Shown here in pieces: positions 6,356 to 10,212 of a DNA stretch of 10,212 nucleotides. Position 1 is the first letter of the stretch, and each line of letters starts with the position of its first letter. The position numbers were made by a program, and so were the translations under genes. This DNA comes from Desulfohalobiaceae bacterium (GTDB lineage: Bacteria; Desulfobacterota; Desulfovibrionia; Desulfovibrionales; Desulfothermaceae): positions 1-10,212 of the forward strand of contig JAZKRN010000098.1 of NCBI GenBank assembly GCA_036628655.1, written 5' to 3'. The notes below the pieces were generated by a model. It was given only the letters and a program-made list of their open reading frames with translations. It searched no databases and had not been told where the DNA came from.

Positions 6356-6468
6356 CCCCGCGGCGGACCGTTGCCGCGGGGAAGGGCGCAGGCAAGCTTC
6401 GCTTGCCGCAGGCCCGCCGAGGCAGACCCGAGGCTGGGCCCTGTGCCCTGCAACGGTCTGCAGGGCAC
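6356..6468. repeat. Cluster of three GC-rich perfect hairpins (REP-like)
   Basis: CCCCGCGGC / GCCGCGGGG at 6356-6381. GGCAAGC / GCTTGCC at 6391-6407. GTGCCCTGCA / TGCAGGGCAC at 6443-6468. None has a T-tract. Tandem octamers AGAATTGG x3 lie just upstream at 6271-6299. Confidence 0.4.
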
Positions 6469-6663
6469 AATCCATGTCCCTCTTGTCCCCCAAGTCGAGT
6501 GAGCGCCAGCGAACGGGCGGTTCTCTGAATAGTGACGAGTGATGAGTTATTCGTTATTCGGATAAGGCTCTGGCCTTGATCACCAAACAGGGATTCTCAA
6601 TTAATCCGGCCTCGAAAAAGAACTGTAAAACAGGTGCACATTCATATTGCAACTGATCACGGG

Positions 6664-6712
6664 ATTTCATCCGCTATGGAGCTGTGTAGACACTCCGCTA
6701 CCGCTGGGAAAA
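6664..6712. repeat. Dispersed repeat copy 1, overlapping the pilin stop codon
   Basis: ATTTCAT..TGTGTAGACACT-ccgcta-CCGCTGGGAA. The conserved blocks are shared exactly with 9393-9440. The near-palindromic core GTGT-AG-ACAC covers the pilin TAG at 6698-6700. Confidence 0.55.
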
Positions 6713-7153
6713 CAACAACCAGAACATTCCCTTGCCTTTACAGAGGGATCCACTGCATTCGTCCTCGCTTATGGCTTTTGCGGAAGAGTTGACTGAATAG
6801 TATTTATCACCATTATGATGCCATGCACATATCTCAAAAGTATCGTTGGAACCGGAATATCCAATTTCCACATTGTCTGAGGACTCAAAATCAAGAGCTA
6901 AAGTGTCGATTTCAGTTGGGCTCCCTCCATTGAAATAGGAATCTCCTTGTGGAACAGAGTGTCCTTCTAAACTGGTTTTGGTCGTTTTTAACTCGCTCTG
7001 TGCAGCTGTATTCATTGCCGATGCCCTGTGTTGCGAATAGAGCGAGACCGCGATTGAGGCCAGAATGGCGATGATGGCAACTCCAATTATCAATTCGATC
7101 AGCTCGAATCCCATCTGCCGCAAGATTTGCGTGCTTAGTGCCCTTTTTTGCAT
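6698..7153 (-). CDS. Type IV prepilin-like protein with N-terminal cleavage/methylation motif, 151 aa, PilA-like with C-terminal Cys pair
   Basis: MQKRALSTQILRQMG|FELIELIIGVAIIAILASIAV shows the class III signal: Gly at -1, Phe at +1, Glu at +5 and a hydrophobic helix. C-terminal Cys residues (EICAW, DECSGSLC) could form the pilin disulfide loop. Strong RBS AAGGAGG 5 nt upstream of the ATG. The gene is AT-richer than its neighbours. Confidence 0.8.
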   Translation of the reverse strand: MQKRALSTQILRQMGFELIELIIGVAIIAILASIAVSLYSQHRASAMNTAAQSELKTTKTSLEGHSVPQGDSYFNGGSPTEIDTLALDFESSDNVEIGYSGSNDTFEICAWHHNGDKYYSVNSSAKAISEDECSGSLCKGKGMFWLLFSQR

Positions 7154-7576
7154 CCTGCCTCCTTATTTCCCCCATGTATGAGAACATGATTCATGATTGC
7201 AGGCTCTAGTCTTCACCAATGCAATTGCTGTTCCTTCAATCTTGACTTTGAAAGAATCGATTCTTCAGCTTGAAATGAATAATCTCTTTGCCGGTATATC
7301 TCAGTTTCTGTCCCATGGGCCATTCGTTGCTTGTCGAAATCTTTGAATCAGTCGTTCCAAAAAATTGGTCTTTGGTGACAGGATACGTCACCTTCTCCAC
7401 ATCTGAGCGTGTGCAATGCCACGTGATCCTTATGTCCCAGTACACACGCTTCAGGATTCCCGGCCCCTATAGGTCAGGCTTGCGTCTGGTTCTGGAGAAG
7501 GGTATTGACCCCAAAGGCGCGGACACAGACTGAACCCTTCCAACAGGCCGTCCGATTCAGGAGAAAAGGAGGAAGA

Positions 7577-8020
7577 ATGGCAGCGATCCCTATATGGCTC
7601 GTCTGGCTCATTGTTGCGATCGCCCTGGTCCTGGTGGACATCTTCGTGTTGGGGCTGCAGTTCATCCTGGTCGTCACCGGCATCGCCGCCCTGATTGCGG
7701 GGGCAGTCTCCGTAGCCGGCCTCGGTTTCACCGGACAGATCTGGGCCTTTGTTCTGGGCGTGCTGGTGCTGGTCCCGGTGTGGATCTTTCTTTCGCGCTC
7801 CGGGTTTTTCAAAAAGAAGCCCGGGCCCCGGGAACAGGGCTGGGAAAAGGGCGCCGAGGTGGAAGTGGTGCGGCAGGGGGACCGTCTGGTGGGCAAGCTG
7901 AAAAGCGACTCCTTCCCCATACGACTTGCCGACGACAGCCAGCCCCGGGAAGGGGAGCGGCTGATCGTGGACCGGATGGAAGGAATCACCCTGATCGTGT
8001 TCCGACAGGAAAACAGGTAA
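7577..8020 (+). CDS. NfeD-like membrane protein (short NfeD/YbbJ-type partner of an SPFH protein)
   Basis: Three hydrophobic helices followed by a soluble C-terminal beta domain (GAEVEVVRQGDRLVGKLK...EGERLIVDRMEGITLIV). Ends 16 nt upstream of the SPFH gene. ATG at 7577 has AAAGGAGGAAGA upstream; the track ORF from 7505 lacks an RBS. Confidence 0.8.
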   Translation: MAAIPIWLVWLIVAIALVLVDIFVLGLQFILVVTGIAALIAGAVSVAGLGFTGQIWAFVLGVLVLVPVWIFLSRSGFFKKKPGPREQGWEKGAEVEVVRQGDRLVGKLKSDSFPIRLADDSQPREGERLIVDRMEGITLIVFRQENR

Positions 8021-8036
8021 ACGCAAAGGATTGCTT

Positions 8037-9038
8037 ATGACCGGAGTATTCGACCTTTTGGGTGTGGGGCTGATTGCGGCGATCATCGTCGGAACCGGAG
8101 TGATCGCGTTCATCGCGAAGGGGCTGTTCATCGTCCAACAGAGCGAGGCCGTGGTTGTGGAGCGCTTGGGAAGCTACAAGAAAACCCTTGGCCCTGGAAT
8201 CAATTTCATCATTCCGGTGCTGGATCGTCCCAGGCCCATCAAGATACGGCGCTATGAATCGAGCATGGGCTCCAAGGAGCTCCAGGAGCGGGTGATCGAG
8301 GAGACCAAGATCGATACCCGGGAGACGGTGCTGAACTTTCCCGCCCAGCCGGTGGTGACCAACGACAACGTCTCCGTGCAAATGGACGGAGCGCTGTATT
8401 TCCAGATCCAGTCACCGAAGAAGTCGGTCTACGAGGTGGAGAACCTGGTCCAGGCCATCGAGGTCCTGACCAAGACCACCCTGCGCGCCGTGGTCGGCGC
8501 GCGGGAGCTGGACGTTCTGTTCTCCTCCAGGGACGAGATCAACAACGAGCTCCAGAAGGTCATGGACGAGGCCGGGGATAAATGGGGCGTGAAGGTGAAC
8601 CGGGTCGAAATCCAGGATATCCAGCTTCCGGAGGAGGTCGAGGAGGCCATGCGCCAGCAGATGACCGCGGAACGGAAGCGCCGGGCCACGGTCACCGAGG
8701 CGAACGGATACAAGGAAGCCCAGATCCAGCAGGCGGAAGGGGACAAGAGAGCGGCCATCGAACGGGCCCAGGGCGAAAAGGAGGCCGCCGTCAAGCTGGC
8801 GGAGGGCGAAAAGGGCGCCATCGAGAACGTGCTCCAGGCCGGCAGGGAATTGAATGTCACCCTGGATCAGTCAATGGTGGTGAACTACCTCATCGCCCAG
8901 AAGTATCTGGAGAAACTGCCCTCCATCGCCAAGGACGGCGAACGGGTCATCGTGCCCTACGAAGCGACCGGGATCCTGGGAAGCATCGAGTCTATCCAAT
9001 CCCTGTTCAACGGGAATCTTTCGATCAAGCAGACATAG
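8037..9038 (+). CDS. SPFH/band-7 (stomatin/QmcA/YbbK-like) membrane protein
   Basis: N-terminal transmembrane helix, an SPFH core, the characteristic VKVNRVEIQDIQLPEEVEEAMRQQMTAERKRRA and an Ala/Glu-rich coiled coil, then VNYLIAQKYLEKL. Forms an operon with the upstream NfeD-like gene. ATG at 8037 has AAAGGA 8 nt upstream. Confidence 0.9.
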   Translation: MTGVFDLLGVGLIAAIIVGTGVIAFIAKGLFIVQQSEAVVVERLGSYKKTLGPGINFIIPVLDRPRPIKIRRYESSMGSKELQERVIEETKIDTRETVLNFPAQPVVTNDNVSVQMDGALYFQIQSPKKSVYEVENLVQAIEVLTKTTLRAVVGARELDVLFSSRDEINNELQKVMDEAGDKWGVKVNRVEIQDIQLPEEVEEAMRQQMTAERKRRATVTEANGYKEAQIQQAEGDKRAAIERAQGEKEAAVKLAEGEKGAIENVLQAGRELNVTLDQSMVVNYLIAQKYLEKLPSIAKDGERVIVPYEATGILGSIESIQSLFNGNLSIKQT

Positions 9039-9050
9039 TCTGTCTTGAAT

Positions 9051-9075
9051 ACCCGCTGGGTACACACAACCCAGT
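9051..9075. repeat. Partial third copy of the dispersed repeat (CCGCTGGG-tac-ACACAACCCAG) just after the SPFH stop
   Basis: Compare CCGCTGGGAAAACAACAACCAGAAC at 6701-6725. It is preceded by AGACAtagtcTGTCT (9031-9045), which spans the SPFH TAG stop. Confidence 0.4.
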
Positions 9076-9392
9076 CAGTAAGCTCAAAAAACTATACCGC
9101 CTGGATAAAGGTTTGGCACTTCCCTTTTTCTGCTGGTCCTGATCGGTAGTATACGAAAACCAATACTGTTGGTATAGTCAGACCATAGATTTTCAGTGGG
9201 AGGCCTGCCATGGGAGCGAAAGCTGCAATCAGTCCTTAAAAAGGTCAGTAAACAAGATTGCAGGCCAGGGTTATACGCGCTTCTTTGAAGTGGCATTGAT
9301 CTGTGAGTCATGCTTTAGTCCACCTCAAAAAATAGAAACCACACATCCCATTCGATGGCTTAATTTTGAAGCCAGGCATTCAAGCGAGTAAA

Positions 9393-9440
9393 ATTTCATT
9401 ATATCTCGGGTGTGTAGACACTGTAGCTCCGCTGGGAACC
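9393..9440. repeat. Dispersed repeat copy 2 in the right-hand AT-rich island
   Basis: ATTTCAT..TGTGTAGACACT-gtagct-CCGCTGGGAA. Same orientation as copy 1. The 6-nt block between the conserved parts differs. Confidence 0.55.
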
Positions 9441-9590
9441 TCCTTGGATCCAGGGTATGTCCCCATAGTTTAAAAAGATATGGCTGGTTTGGAGTGGCAT
9501 ACACTGATAGAATAAACCAAGGGTAATCCATTTTAGGTTATCACACCTGATCAATTTACATAGTCATTACCAATAAAAAAGGAGAGTGTT

Positions 9591-9806
9591 ATGGCAATGT
9601 ATACACCAAATAGAGTGGTTCTAGATGGAAATGGTCAAGTATTTATACTTCGTAACAATGAAACGAAGCCTATGAAATGTCCATTTAATCATGATGATTG
9701 TACTGATAAATGTCCGTTATTAACAGAGATTTATGATGAGGAAGATTATCACTATATAAAGTTATGCAATGGGAGTACAATACAATTTGCTCAAGATAAT
9801 AGATAA
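9591..9806 (+). CDS. Hypothetical small Cys-containing protein (71 aa), orphan, AT-rich codon usage
   Basis: AGGAG lies 6 nt upstream of the ATG. Four Cys residues (KCPFNHDDCTDKCP...LCNG). A strong bidirectional terminator sits 70 nt downstream. Its composition is unlike the GC-rich core genes. Confidence 0.5.
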   Translation: MAMYTPNRVVLDGNGQVFILRNNETKPMKCPFNHDDCTDKCPLLTEIYDEEDYHYIKLCNGSTIQFAQDNR

Positions 9807-9876
9807 AGATTAAAAAAATGTGTATAACAGTGTACTGAGAGCACATACTACTCCTGAGGGCTTATTGGCAGGCCAC

Positions 9877-9911
9877 AAAAAAGGGGTTACGGCTTACCCG
9901 TAACCCCTTTT
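9877..9911. terminator. Bidirectional Rho-independent terminator
   Basis: A6, then GGGGTTACGG-cttac-CCGTAACCCC (perfect 10-bp stem), then T4. Confidence 0.75.
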
Positions 9912-10212
9912 ATCATGGTGGAGACGATGTCCATCACATTAGCATATCAACTTACTGTAATTTATATATTTATTTTGTAACTATATAAAAAATACCCCCC
10001 AAATCTACCCCCATAGGCAAGCTGCTCTCATCATTGAGGAATGGGTGCTCTTGAAAGAGGGAGGAGTGGGGCAAATAGTAATAGTAGAACTATCTCCTTC
10101 AATATCAAATTGTTATACAGCATCAAATTTCCATTTTTCCGCTTGCTAGGGATATGCCCTACGCGGAACTTCTCCAGAAGTCCTCACAGACCAAATATGA
10201 GCCTCTTCTTGT

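Noticed and set aside
7451-9142. Minus ORFs 7451-8131, 7474-7989, 7986-8381, 8429-8860 and plus ORFs 7594-8040, 8582-9142 over the NfeD/SPFH operon
   Set aside because: Shadow ORFs of GC-rich coding DNA. The NfeD and SPFH frames have RBSs, transmembrane segments and family motifs.
9208-9237. 9-codon mini-ORF MGAKAAISP with GGGAGG RBS
   Set aside because: Too short to judge and lies inside a predicted RNA stem region. Could be a chance RBS-ATG pair.
10100-10212. Possible 3' end of a minus-strand gene entering from beyond the right edge
   Set aside because: Two candidate frames each give under 25 codons before a stop, with no motif. Cannot be supported from this window alone.
1-10212. CRISPR arrays, rRNA, complete tRNA, transposases, integrases, toxin-antitoxin pairs
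   Set aside because: Searched by eye for regularly spaced direct repeats, rRNA/tRNA hallmark motifs and transposase/integrase-like ORFs; none found.

Overview
Bacterial window with mosaic composition. GC-rich blocks (roughly 60-65% GC) carry recognisable genes: a Ros/MucR-family zinc-finger regulator (3479-3883), an M48-family lipoprotein peptidase (4145-5059), a SprT-like zinc metalloprotease (5569-6123), an NfeD-like protein (7577-8020) and an SPFH/band-7 protein (8037-9038). These alternate with AT-rich, almost ORF-free islands at about 1195-2260, 6530-7500 and 9040-10212. The AT-rich islands hold a type IV prepilin-like gene on the minus strand (6698-7153) and an orphan small Cys-rich ORF with a strong RBS and terminator (9591-9806). 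The most notable item is a minus-strand rhodanese-like gene (753-433) whose reading frame continues cleanly through an in-frame TGA at 556-558 in the active-site loop. A stem-loop with a GU-containing apical loop lies 13 nt downstream on the mRNA, so this is a candidate selenocysteine (Sec/UGA) selenoprotein with a bacterial SECIS. Other unexplained structure: inverted arrays of TCGGA/TCCGA heptamers bracketing the rhodanese locus; a 950-bp apparently non-coding tract ending in a very strong intrinsic terminator; a ~310-bp inverted duplication between the two metalloprotease genes; a ~50-bp dispersed repeat in 2-3 copies overlapping the pilin stop codon and the SPFH stop; and a cluster of GC-rich hairpins. 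No rRNA, complete tRNA, CRISPR array, transposase or integrase could be supported.
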